A stretch of DNA of 64,000 nucleotides from Candidatus Sumerlaeaceae bacterium (GTDB lineage: Bacteria > Sumerlaeota > Sumerlaeia > Sumerlaeales > Sumerlaeaceae), in assembly GCA_051003195.1 (NCBI GenBank), contig JBPCLP010000003.1, positions 1-64,000 on the forward strand, written 5' to 3'. Both the position numbers and the translations under genes were made by a program. Numbering within the stretch: position 1 is the first letter of the stretch; each line of letters opens with the position of its first letter. Positions 50,285 through 58,986 of the stretch are shown here, in pieces. Below the pieces are notes generated by a model that saw nothing but the letters and a program-made list of their open reading frames with translations, was not told where the DNA came from and ran no database searches.

Positions 50285-51712
50285 TCAAACCGCGTCAGTT
50301 GTTGCCATCTCAATCAGAGTATCAACGATTTCGTTGCCCGCGTTTTTCGGCAAATAGCTGGGTCCGAGCCCGGGCTCATACCCTCCCTGCTCGAAAGCCT
50401 GGGGTGTGGGAATGTAGTTGGAAAGCCCGTTCGCAAGTCCCACCAGCAGCGCCAGCTGCGTGGCGGAACGCTGCTGTCTTTCGATGCGTTCGGCAAACGA
50501 GAGCCCGAACTCCACGAAGATTTCCGCGGGAACTGTTCCAAGCATCACGTCACCGATCCGGATCACCTGCAGCGGAAGAACAATTTTGCCTTCACGCATG
50601 GTCCCAAACTTTCCCGGATACCGTCCAGTCGTGTTCGCCTCCACCAGCTTAAGGGTGCGCCGCGCATTTAGTTCCGGCGGAACTCCGTCCGGCATCGACA
50701 AATCGTGCCCGTCGTAGGCCGCCAGTAACTCCTTCGCGGCCGCAATTTGGTCTTCAGGTATTTCCCGGATCGGTAGTGACAATTCGTGATTGGTGACGCT
50801 GAGCAGACAACTCCTCTGTGTTTGTCTCTGTGTCTCCGTGTCTCGGTGGTTAATTCTCTCCACAATCTCCAGCACGCTTGCCGCCAGCGAAGCTGCACAC
50901 CGATGCACTTCCTGCGCATCGCGCCCGCGCTCGGGGTGCTGGTAATCGATATGGTTCACGTTGCCCGCCGCGCCATGCAGAAAGAGCATTGCCTGGCATC
51001 CAAAGCCTTGCTCCAGCTGTGCCATGGCAAAGCCTGCAAAATCGCCTGACATCTGCAGATTCGCGCCGGCAAGAATCGCCGGGTGACACGGGTAATGCAC
51101 AAACCCGCCGAGCATTTCCCCGTCATCCGCACGAAACACTACCGCCGATACGCGCGGATCAATCGGCCCTAGCGGCCCCTCCACCTCTTCAACGGGTGGC
51201 AGCTCCCAGTTCATCACCGTCTCACCCGTTTTCATCAGCAGGCGGCGATTGTTCGCAATCTCGCGATTCTCCGCAGTGCCCCATTGCATCGTGCATTCGC
51301 GTGCGTTCGCCTGCGCGGTCCGTGCCGCCTCCAGAATGCGACCCGGCAGCATTTCCCAGAACGGCTTCAGCAGCTCTCCATCGCGCTCCAGCTTATCGTC
51401 ATTCCAACACAGCGACTGAAACGTATCCGGCCCACTGTGCGTGTGCGTGCTGCACATCGTCACATTCCCAACCGGAATACCCAGCTCCGCAGCAACCGCA
51501 GCCCTCAGCCGGTCCGCATCCGCCTGCCACATTCCCAGCAGATCCAGCGAGACAATACAAATCCGCGTAATTCCATCGTTCAAAAACAGCGCACGCGCAT
51601 ACAGGTCCTGCAGTACCCCACGCGCATAATTATCCAGCCGCGCATTCCCGCCCATCGGTGTGCCGAGCTCCGGCGTGATGATCGACTTAGCTGTTCCAGC
51701 ACGCAATGCCAT
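50285..51712 (-). CDS. Neutral/alkaline ceramidase-like amidohydrolase
   Basis: ITP..MGG, LYARAL, STHTHSGP, YPCHP, SGDF.G, GAAGNVN, PAEIF, YIPT..F..GGYE. Confidence 0.88.
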   Translation of the reverse strand: MALRAGTAKSIITPELGTPMGGNARLDNYARGVLQDLYARALFLNDGITRICIVSLDLLGMWQADADRLRAAVAAELGIPVGNVTMCSTHTHSGPDTFQSLCWNDDKLERDGELLKPFWEMLPGRILEAARTAQANARECTMQWGTAENREIANNRRLLMKTGETVMNWELPPVEEVEGPLGPIDPRVSAVVFRADDGEMLGGFVHYPCHPAILAGANLQMSGDFAGFAMAQLEQGFGCQAMLFLHGAAGNVNHIDYQHPERGRDAQEVHRCAASLAASVLEIVERINHRDTETQRQTQRSCLLSVTNHELSLPIREIPEDQIAAAKELLAAYDGHDLSMPDGVPPELNARRTLKLVEANTTGRYPGKFGTMREGKIVLPLQVIRIGDVMLGTVPAEIFVEFGLSFAERIERQQRSATQLALLVGLANGLSNYIPTPQAFEQGGYEPGLGPSYLPKNAGNEIVDTLIEMATTDAV

Positions 51713-51715
51713 CGC

Positions 51716-52612
51716 TTATCCCTTAACTGCGCCGGCCGTCAGGCCGCTCTGTATCTGCCGCTGGAAAAGTGTATAAATAATGATTGTCGGAATAACGCCA
51801 ATCGTCAGCCCCGCAAACAGCGCGCCCCAGTCCTGCTGGTATTTCTGTGTCATCGTGAGATTGGCCATGCCAAGTGGAAGCGTGTGCACCTTCTCAGACT
51901 TCTGCAGCAGCACCAGCGCCAGCGGGTACTCGTTCCACAGGCTGATAAACACAAAGATGCCCGCTGTAACCATCCCCGGTTTCGCCAGCGGAAGCATTAT
52001 GCGCCAGAAGATCAGGAAGGGCGATGCTCCATCCGCCGCAGCCGCCTCTGCCAGTTCTCCAGGCAGCGACCTGAAAAACCCCGTTAGAATAAAAACCGTA
52101 AAGGGCAGCGAAAACGCGGCGTACACAAGTGCCAGCCAGATGCGATCGTCCGCAAGGTTCAGCCATTCCGTCACACCACCGCCCAGCAGGGGAAAATTGG
52201 TACGAATCCACTGTTGTCCCGTGGTAACCAGGATAAACAACGGAACAATACCGAGAAACGCGGGTAGCGCCATCCCGCCTATAAACGTGAACAGCAGCGG
52301 CCGGTTCCCATGAAACCGAAACCGCGCAACCACGTATGCCACCATCGACCCCAGCATAAGCGCAATCGCCAGTGCAGCGAAATCCACCAGCACCGAGTTG
52401 ACGATCTTGTGATCGAGTGCTCCGCGCTCCCAGGCGTTGCCATAGTTCTCCCATCGCAGTTCACTCGGCAGCGCCCACGGGTCGACAAAGATGCTCCACG
52501 AGTCGCGAAACGAAATGCTCAGCAGCCACAGCATCGGGTAGACGACGAACACAAACTGCAGCGTGAGTATCGCGTACCACACCAGGCGCGATGAGCGGCT
52601 CGAGACGATCAT
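51716..52612 (-). CDS. Carbohydrate ABC permease (MalG/NgcG-like)
   Basis: ELAEAAAADGAS EAA loop, WNEY, GLTAGAVKG. Confidence 0.95.
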   Translation of the reverse strand: MIVSSRSSRLVWYAILTLQFVFVVYPMLWLLSISFRDSWSIFVDPWALPSELRWENYGNAWERGALDHKIVNSVLVDFAALAIALMLGSMVAYVVARFRFHGNRPLLFTFIGGMALPAFLGIVPLFILVTTGQQWIRTNFPLLGGGVTEWLNLADDRIWLALVYAAFSLPFTVFILTGFFRSLPGELAEAAAADGASPFLIFWRIMLPLAKPGMVTAGIFVFISLWNEYPLALVLLQKSEKVHTLPLGMANLTMTQKYQQDWGALFAGLTIGVIPTIIIYTLFQRQIQSGLTAGAVKG

Positions 52613-53556
52613 AGCTCGATAGTCTCGCGCCGGAAGAAGCGGCCCACAACGGTGGCCAGCAAAAGCAGCAACGCCAGCTGGGTCACGCCGATGGTACAGG
52701 CGTAGCCGAAGTTCCCGTTTTTGAATGCCTGCTCGTATAGATAAGTCAGCGCGACATCCACGTGCCGGTCGGGATTACCTTCCGTCACCAGGAACACCAG
52801 GGCAAACACGTTAAGCGAATTGATGATGATGTAAATGATCGCCGTCTTCAGCAGGTCGCCGAGCAGCGGCAGCGTCACATGCCAGAACTCCTGCCAGGCG
52901 CTTGCGCCGTCAATGCGTGCGGCATCGGTATAATCAGCAGGAATTCGCAAAATGCCCGCATAGAACAGCATCACATAGAAACCCGCCGCGCCCCACACAT
53001 GCACCAGCATCAGCACCAGCAGTGCATAGCGCGGTTCGCCCAGCCACGCATGGGTGAACTGGTCCAGTCCGGCCTTGCGCAGAATTGCGTTCACCAGTCC
53101 GAACGAGGGATTAAAGATAAACGACCACAACAGCGCCGTGGCGACAACCGGCATTACGTTCGGGAACAGGAAGCTGACACGATAGAATGCCCGACCGCTC
53201 CGGATACTCGTCAGCCCCACCGCAAGCAACAGCGCCAGGCAAATAGTGATCGGTCCAGCAATCACCAGGAACGCAAGGTTGTGCATCAGCGCGCCGTGAA
53301 AGTTCTCGTCGCGCAACAGGCGCGTATAGTTCTCCAGGCCGACAAACGTAAACTTCGTGGAAGACGCAGCGCCGCGGCAGAAGGACAGATAAATTGCGCG
53401 CGCCATGGGAAACAGGAAGAACACACCGTAAAGCAGAAGCGCCGGAATCACAAAAATCAGGATCAGCCTGATCGGCCGGTACAGGTCCGCCGTCGCAATG
53501 CCGCGCCTGCGGGCCGTACCAGTGCTTGCGCGGGATATGTTTACAGCCTTGCTCAC
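52609..53556 (-). CDS. Carbohydrate ABC permease (MalF/NgcF-like)
   Basis: FVGLENY, DAARIDGA, FGYA. Confidence 0.95.
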   Translation of the reverse strand: MSKAVNISRASTGTARRRGIATADLYRPIRLILIFVIPALLLYGVFFLFPMARAIYLSFCRGAASSTKFTFVGLENYTRLLRDENFHGALMHNLAFLVIAGPITICLALLLAVGLTSIRSGRAFYRVSFLFPNVMPVVATALLWSFIFNPSFGLVNAILRKAGLDQFTHAWLGEPRYALLVLMLVHVWGAAGFYVMLFYAGILRIPADYTDAARIDGASAWQEFWHVTLPLLGDLLKTAIIYIIINSLNVFALVFLVTEGNPDRHVDVALTYLYEQAFKNGNFGYACTIGVTQLALLLLLATVVGRFFRRETIEL

Positions 53557-54920
53557 TCGCGCCCGAACTTCTTCCGATTCGGATCGTTACGCGTCGCAGC
53601 CCATGTCTTCTCCAGGCGCTGCGAAAACTGTTCCGGCGTCAGCAGGTCGTTGTAGAGGTCGCGAAGCGCATTCTGAACCGCCGTCCCCAGCTCCGGGTAC
53701 CAGTCCGCATAATGAATACTGTAGCTGGTTTTTGCGGCTTTGATGGTGCGCTGCACTTCCTTCAGGTGCCCAGGCACGTATTCCTCACCCACATCCCGGA
53801 TTGCCACGAGGGTACCCTTTTGAACCATGAACTCCCGCGCTTTTTCCGCCGAGGTGATGTAACGCAGATACTCCACTGCTTCGTCCGGGTGTTTGCATGT
53901 GCTCGACACGCACCATCCCTTGCCATCGTAGGAAACCGTTACCGCCGAGGGATCACCCTTTCCCTCTGCGAAAACAGGGCACAGCATGAACTCCATTTCA
54001 AATCCAGGCGGCAGCATCTTTTTCATCTCGGTGTAGAGCCAGGTGCCGTTGGGGATCATTGCTGCACGACCGACGAGCCATTCCATCTGCGACTCGATAT
54101 GGGTCATGCCGATCGCGCCCTGTTGAAAGTACCCGCGGTTTTTCATCTGCAGAAACGTACGCGTGGCTTTCAGTACCGCCGGCTGCTGCCAGCAGCCGGT
54201 CGTCAGCTCGTCGATGCGTTTCAGTGCCTGCTCACCACCTTCGCTGTGAACCCATGGCCAGATGAACCCGTCCAGCATGTACTGGGGATAACGCCCGGTA
54301 AACGTGACCGGTGCGATGTGCTCTTTGCGGATCAGCGCACTTACACTCAGCAACTCATCGTACGTGCGAGGAACCGCCCAGCCGTGTTTCCGGAAAAGCT
54401 TCTTATTATACCACCAGCCGAAAGTGCCGAACTCGTACGGCAGCGTGTAATAGCTGCCTCGGTGGCTGCCCGTATCCAGGAAGGACTTTAAAAAAGTATC
54501 GTGCCACGGCTTCTGGCTGTTGAGTGCCGGCGCTGCCAGGTATTTATCCAGTTTCAACAACTGCCCTTCAAAAATCAGCGCCCAAACGTTGGTGCCCCAT
54601 CCCGGGTAAATGATATCAGGCGCCATTCCCGCGGCAAAGCGCGGGGTCAGCTGGTCCCATACGCGCGGGCTTCCCCAGAGGTTTATCTTTACGTTGGGGT
54701 GAATCTTTTCAAATTCCCGCGCACACTTTTCGTAAAAGTCGATCCCGTATCCGCCTTTAAATGCGGCGGCTTCCAGCGTGATCTGCTCGGCGCGCACTGC
54801 CATACTGCAAAGCCAGGCAAGCGCGAGAGCCAGCACGCGCGCGGCCCTGGCCGTACTGCCGAATGGAAGACGAAAAACCATGGAGTGCCGGTTCAAAGCA
54901 GTGCGAAATACCGACTGCAC
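53553..54920 (-). CDS. Sugar ABC solute-binding protein (NgcE-like); start may be downstream
   Basis: AAFKGGYG, WYNKKLF.KHGW.VP.T, PNGTWL..EMK. Confidence 0.88.
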   Translation of the reverse strand: MQSVFRTALNRHSMVFRLPFGSTARAARVLALALAWLCSMAVRAEQITLEAAAFKGGYGIDFYEKCAREFEKIHPNVKINLWGSPRVWDQLTPRFAAGMAPDIIYPGWGTNVWALIFEGQLLKLDKYLAAPALNSQKPWHDTFLKSFLDTGSHRGSYYTLPYEFGTFGWWYNKKLFRKHGWAVPRTYDELLSVSALIRKEHIAPVTFTGRYPQYMLDGFIWPWVHSEGGEQALKRIDELTTGCWQQPAVLKATRTFLQMKNRGYFQQGAIGMTHIESQMEWLVGRAAMIPNGTWLYTEMKKMLPPGFEMEFMLCPVFAEGKGDPSAVTVSYDGKGWCVSSTCKHPDEAVEYLRYITSAEKAREFMVQKGTLVAIRDVGEEYVPGHLKEVQRTIKAAKTSYSIHYADWYPELGTAVQNALRDLYNDLLTPEQFSQRLEKTWAATRNDPNRKKFGRE

Positions 54921-55026
54921 GAAGTTTCAGCGTAGTTCGAAAAAAAGGTACTTAATAACTAGCAGGAAGGTCGTCGTTGACGGAACCGATCCACGAACTC
55001 CACGCATGCACACCACGACAACGTAA

Positions 55027-56139
55027 TCACCACGGACGCAGTTCAGGCCCTGTATACTCTTCCGTCGGGCGAATGAGCCGATTCTCGCTGCGCTGCTCGA
55101 GCACGTGAGCGATCCACCCAGCCACCCGCGCAAATGCAAAAATCGGTGTATACAGCGGGATCGGAATCCCCATCATATAGTAGGCAGGCGCGTGGTAGAA
55201 GTCCGCATTCGGAAACAACTTCTTCTCCCGGTGCATCACCTCATCAATGCGCTCGGCAATCTTCAGGTACGGAAGCTCCGGCCGCTCCTCGGAAAGCTTC
55301 ACCGTCCATTCCTTGATAAGGTCGCTGCGCGGGTCGCGGATACGGTACACCCGGTGACCAAATCCCATGATCTTATCTTTACGCGAAAGCATTTCCATTA
55401 CGCCACGCTCCGCCGCATCCGGCGAATCGTATTTCAGGATCAGCTTCATCGCTTCTTCATTGGCTCCGCCATGTAATGCGCCCTTCAATGTTCCAACCGC
55501 TGAAACGATCGCCGAATACATGTCCGACAGCGTCGAAGTGGTCACGCGCGCTGCAAAAGTCGACGCGTTAAACCCATGCTCCGTGTACAGGATGAACGAC
55601 GTGTTCATAAGTTTTCGTTCCGTTGCCGTTGGCGTTTCGCCGCGCAGCGCATGTAGAAAAAAACCACCCTGGTCGGGTTCTGAATAATTAGTCTGCGGCC
55701 GCCCGCCGTGATGCACATTAAACCAGGTGGTAATGATCGATGGACCACTGCCGATGAGGTGCGTGATCGCCTTATCGGTTCCGATCGTGTCCTCGGGGTA
55801 TATGTTGCCAAGGAACGACCAGCCGGTCCGCAGCACGTCCATCGGCGCCACATCCGCCGGTATGGCTCGCAGCGCACTCACGAGTCCATGTGGCAGTTCA
55901 CGCGCAGCCTTAATCTCCGCGCGCCACTTCGCCATCTCCTCCGTACTCGCGCGGCGATCGTAAATCAGCATATACGCGATCTCGTCCCAGGGCACGTTGT
56001 TGCGCGACAGCTCCGTAACCGAGTAGCCGCGATAGCGCAGATCGTCTCCTGTACGGCCAACCGTGCAGATGGCTGATTTCCCGGCGATCACGCCTTCCAG
56101 GCCTGGTGAGTAAATGGGTGCGGGTGCCGCTGTGGACAT
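55027..56139 (-). CDS. prpC: 2-methylcitrate synthase
   Basis: GLEGVIAG, EHGFNASTF, LHGGANE, IMGFGHRVY, FPNADF; prpB/prpD context. Confidence 0.88.
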   Translation of the reverse strand: MSTAAPAPIYSPGLEGVIAGKSAICTVGRTGDDLRYRGYSVTELSRNNVPWDEIAYMLIYDRRASTEEMAKWRAEIKAARELPHGLVSALRAIPADVAPMDVLRTGWSFLGNIYPEDTIGTDKAITHLIGSGPSIITTWFNVHHGGRPQTNYSEPDQGGFFLHALRGETPTATERKLMNTSFILYTEHGFNASTFAARVTTSTLSDMYSAIVSAVGTLKGALHGGANEEAMKLILKYDSPDAAERGVMEMLSRKDKIMGFGHRVYRIRDPRSDLIKEWTVKLSEERPELPYLKIAERIDEVMHREKKLFPNADFYHAPAYYMMGIPIPLYTPIFAFARVAGWIAHVLEQRSENRLIRPTEEYTGPELRPW

Positions 56140-56382
56140 TCAAATGCCTTCCTGGCGATTGTTGTTGGGCTTCCAGCTTAAATTCGGTCTCAGGCGTTTC
56201 ATCGCGCAGTCGCGAAGATACATATTGATCAAATTCTGATACGGAATACCCGTTTGCGTAGCCAGTTCCTTGAAATACTGGACCGCTTCGCGATCCAATC
56301 GAATTGTAACCGGCTGCTTCAGCAATTTGACATACGGGTTTTTACGCGCCTTCATCCTGGAGAAATCGTAGTGCTCACGCAT
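56140..56382 (-). CDS. brnA: BrnA antitoxin family protein
   Basis: MREHYDFS..RKNPY..KQPVTIRLD..YFK.LA..GIPYQNLIN.YL. Confidence 0.9.
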   Translation of the reverse strand: MREHYDFSRMKARKNPYVKLLKQPVTIRLDREAVQYFKELATQTGIPYQNLINMYLRDCAMKRLRPNLSWKPNNNRQEGI

Positions 56383-56384
56383 GT

Positions 56385-56470
56385 TTAAGCCTCCGCGTAA
56401 TCCTGTGCTTCCCGTTGGTTTGCCTTCCGTGCAGAGATCATGCGAATCACCGAGTCGCTCTCTCGATAGC
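56385..56470 (-). pseudogene. BrnT toxin 3' remnant
   Basis: CYRESDSVIRMISARKANQREAQDYAEA* (IISARKA-type motif) with no N-terminal half. Confidence 0.8.
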
Positions 56471-56483
56471 AAGCAGTGCAAAT

Positions 56484-56810
56484 TTAAGCCGCCGTCGCGG
56501 CAAGATGATTTATGAAACCCCAGAATTCAGAGACCGCCCCCGGCTTGCGCTCGAAGAAATCCTCGAAAAATCCGACGGCATTCAGTGCTGGCGGATACGC
56601 ATACTTTTCGCCACTCTCACCGAGTTCCACTACCCATTTTTCCGGCAGACGAAAGTCGACAATCTCGAAATCAGCAACCGGGTACAGGTACGGCTGGCCT
56701 TTGTCGTTAAGGATTCGCAAATCATCTGCTTCAATTCCAATGACGGCGTACTCTCGGCCGGCGGACAGGTCATGGTACTGTGATGAATTCTGGCCCAGCT
56801 TAACGATCAT
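56484..56810 (-). CDS. Hypothetical protein, putative antitoxin/immunity partner
   Basis: LSAGREYAVIGIEADDLRILNDKGQPYLYP; ATGA-coupled to the upstream remnant. Confidence 0.7.
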   Translation of the reverse strand: MIVKLGQNSSQYHDLSAGREYAVIGIEADDLRILNDKGQPYLYPVADFEIVDFRLPEKWVVELGESGEKYAYPPALNAVGFFEDFFERKPGAVSEFWGFINHLAATAA

Positions 56811-56885
56811 TGCTCCACCTGCACTTGCTTAAATTCCAATTTCCCGATGCCTTCACATTCATACCAATGCACCTCTACAACCCGA
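56807..56885 (-). pseudogene. 3' remnant of an HWYE-motif small protein (putative toxin)
   Basis: RVVEVHWYECEGIGKLEFKQVQVEQ*; upstream in-frame sequence looks unrelated. Confidence 0.6.
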
Positions 56886-57008
56886 TTTGCAATTTCACAG
56901 ATTGGAAAAAGAAAATTACCCCAGCATCGGCTTCGCTGCCGTCGGCATGCAACACACTGGGGTGAGTCGCAAGAATGCAGACTGTAACTATAGTCAGTAC
57001 TTGACGAA

Positions 57009-57986
57009 TCACAGTCCCTCCACCGGAACAGTGCTTGTTTCTAAATTCCGGCTACCGTCCGGCTGAAGACACATAACGTAATCAGCTGAAGGCCCAGCAC
57101 TTGCATTATAGCTGCAAGTCCCAACTACTAGCTTTCCATAGAGTCCGTTGACCTTTACGTAAAAATATACTTTTTGACTAGGCTTAGTAAACGTGTCGCG
57201 GGGAAGCTCTAACGCTGAAACATAGTCTGCGCTTGGTGCAGTCGACAAATCATCTGGAAAGACATTGAGTTGTTTTGATTCGGATAACACTTTTGCTAAA
57301 ACCAAACCTTCTCCGGTTTCAGTATTTAATAGGCGCAACCTGACAACCGTATCGCGCGGTATGATCTCCGAACTTGTCCCTAACTTACTAATCGCCAAAA
57401 GGGCTTTAGTTCTCGGAGAACTCTCTATCGTTAGGAGGAGTGTTTTGCTGGCAATTTCATCAAGTTGCGAGCTTGTAACCAGTTGATACTGAGCCGCGCT
57501 AGTAATGATCTCAGCCTTGCAGCTACCAGAAGTCAATCGATCTACATTAAGGCCCTGAATTCCCTCGCGATTCCAAGCACCTAAAGTCCCTCTGGAAGCA
57601 TTCAGTGTTGCCAGATCACTTTTTCTTACTAGAGTTACAATTACTCTCGTTGTTAACTCGCCATCTGAATTCGAATTTAAATTATTATCATTCCAACGAA
57701 ACTTTCGGTCAGCATAGCCGGGCTTTCTAAAGGCCACGAGGATTTCGCGAATCGACTGTTGAGATATATTAAATTCCGGCCCCAGGTTGAGCACGCGGGC
57801 TTCAGCATTACCAAGTTTTGACGTAGCCTCATAGTACCGAATAGAACAGGCAACATCGGACAGCGGAAGACCGTGGTTGTCTACGACCTGTCCCTGAATC
57901 TTAAATACATCCGGCGCGGCCTGCGCAATAGTTGCGCAATTTAATAAACTTAGAAAAAGTAATAACGCTATCGAATCTAATTTCAT
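57009..57986 (-). CDS. Low-GC secreted hypothetical protein with carboxypeptidase-regulatory-like N-domain
   Basis: Signal peptide; IQGQVVDNHGLPLSDV..FRKPGY; markedly AT-rich. Confidence 0.75.
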   Translation of the reverse strand: MKLDSIALLLFLSLLNCATIAQAAPDVFKIQGQVVDNHGLPLSDVACSIRYYEATSKLGNAEARVLNLGPEFNISQQSIREILVAFRKPGYADRKFRWNDNNLNSNSDGELTTRVIVTLVRKSDLATLNASRGTLGAWNREGIQGLNVDRLTSGSCKAEIITSAAQYQLVTSSQLDEIASKTLLLTIESSPRTKALLAISKLGTSSEIIPRDTVVRLRLLNTETGEGLVLAKVLSESKQLNVFPDDLSTAPSADYVSALELPRDTFTKPSQKVYFYVKVNGLYGKLVVGTCSYNASAGPSADYVMCLQPDGSRNLETSTVPVEGL

Positions 57987-58116
57987 TTGGTTTCACATCC
58001 AGCAGCTTCTTAAAATCTCGAACCATTAGGAACATAGCTATTTCGCACGGCATCAAACGCTCTGTTTAGTACCCGCAAAAGTGAGCAGGCGTTCCGTCCA
58101 ATTCAGCCGATGGTAT

Positions 58117-58986
58117 TCAGCCGTTGCTATCATCCAGCCGCTTCTCATAATCGTGGTAGTTGATCACGTCGTAATACTCTTCCCGGGTCATCATCTCGGG
58201 TAGAAGATCGCGTTGCGTTCCCTGCTCGCGCAACACCTTATACCCGTGCCGGCCTGCAGCAAGCGCAAGGCGAAAAACCGTCAGCGGATACAGCACGATG
58301 CGAACACCCACGCTCGACAGCTCCTCCGCAGTGAACAACGGCGTCTTACCGAACTCCGTGATATTTGCGAGGATTGGCCCACCTACTGCAGACGCCAGCT
58401 TTTCATATTGTGCCAGCTCGGTCAACGCCTCGGGAAACAACGCATCCGCGCCCGCATCCACGCATGCCCGGCAGCGCTCGATGGTCGCATCAATCCCTTC
58501 CTGCGCAAAGGCGTCCGTGCGCGCGATAATAAAGAATCCCGACTCCTCCCGCGCCCGCGCCGCCGCGCGCACACGCGCCACCATTTCATCTCGCGTCACA
58601 ATCCGTTTGTTCGGACGATGCCCGCAGCGCTTCGGAAGGTCCTGGTCCTCGATGTGGCATCCTGCCGCGCCGGTGGCAATCAACTCCCGCACGGTTCGTT
58701 CGATGTTCAGCTCACTGCCAAAACCCGTGTCGGCATCCACAATCAGCGGCGTATCCACAACCCGGCAGATGCGCCGTGTCTCCTCCACCAGCTCGCTTAG
58801 CGTCGTCATGCCGAGATCCGGCAGACCAAAAGACGCCGTCGCCACGCCGCTCCCCGACAGGTAGAGTGCACGGAATCCCGCTTCGCGCGCCAGCATTGCC
58901 ATCACTGGGTTGATCGCACCCGGCAGCAGCAGCGGCCGCTCCGCCTGCAGCGCCTGTCGAAAACGATGCCCCGCCGAAAGCGTCAC
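58117..58986 (-). CDS. prpB: Methylisocitrate lyase
   Basis: LYLSGSG, GLPDLG, VDADTGFG, EDQ..PKRCGHRPNK, IIARTDA, ANITEFGKTP. Confidence 0.96.
   Translation of the reverse strand: MTLSAGHRFRQALQAERPLLLPGAINPVMAMLAREAGFRALYLSGSGVATASFGLPDLGMTTLSELVEETRRICRVVDTPLIVDADTGFGSELNIERTVRELIATGAAGCHIEDQDLPKRCGHRPNKRIVTRDEMVARVRAAARAREESGFFIIARTDAFAQEGIDATIERCRACVDAGADALFPEALTELAQYEKLASAVGGPILANITEFGKTPLFTAEELSSVGVRIVLYPLTVFRLALAAGRHGYKVLREQGTQRDLLPEMMTREEYYDVINYHDYEKRLDDSNG

Noticed and set aside
49025..50671. 548-aa plus-strand ORF (also 59163-60398 and other long antisense ORFs)
   Set aside because: Shadow frames opposite well-supported genes in GC-rich coding DNA
55027..56139. Housekeeping citrate synthase gltA
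   Set aside because: Short type with prpB and prpD in the same operon favours prpC, although dual activity is possible
57009..57040. C-terminus TSTVPVEGL as another VPVxLSxF-type tail
   Set aside because: Only VPV matches; the LSxF part is missing
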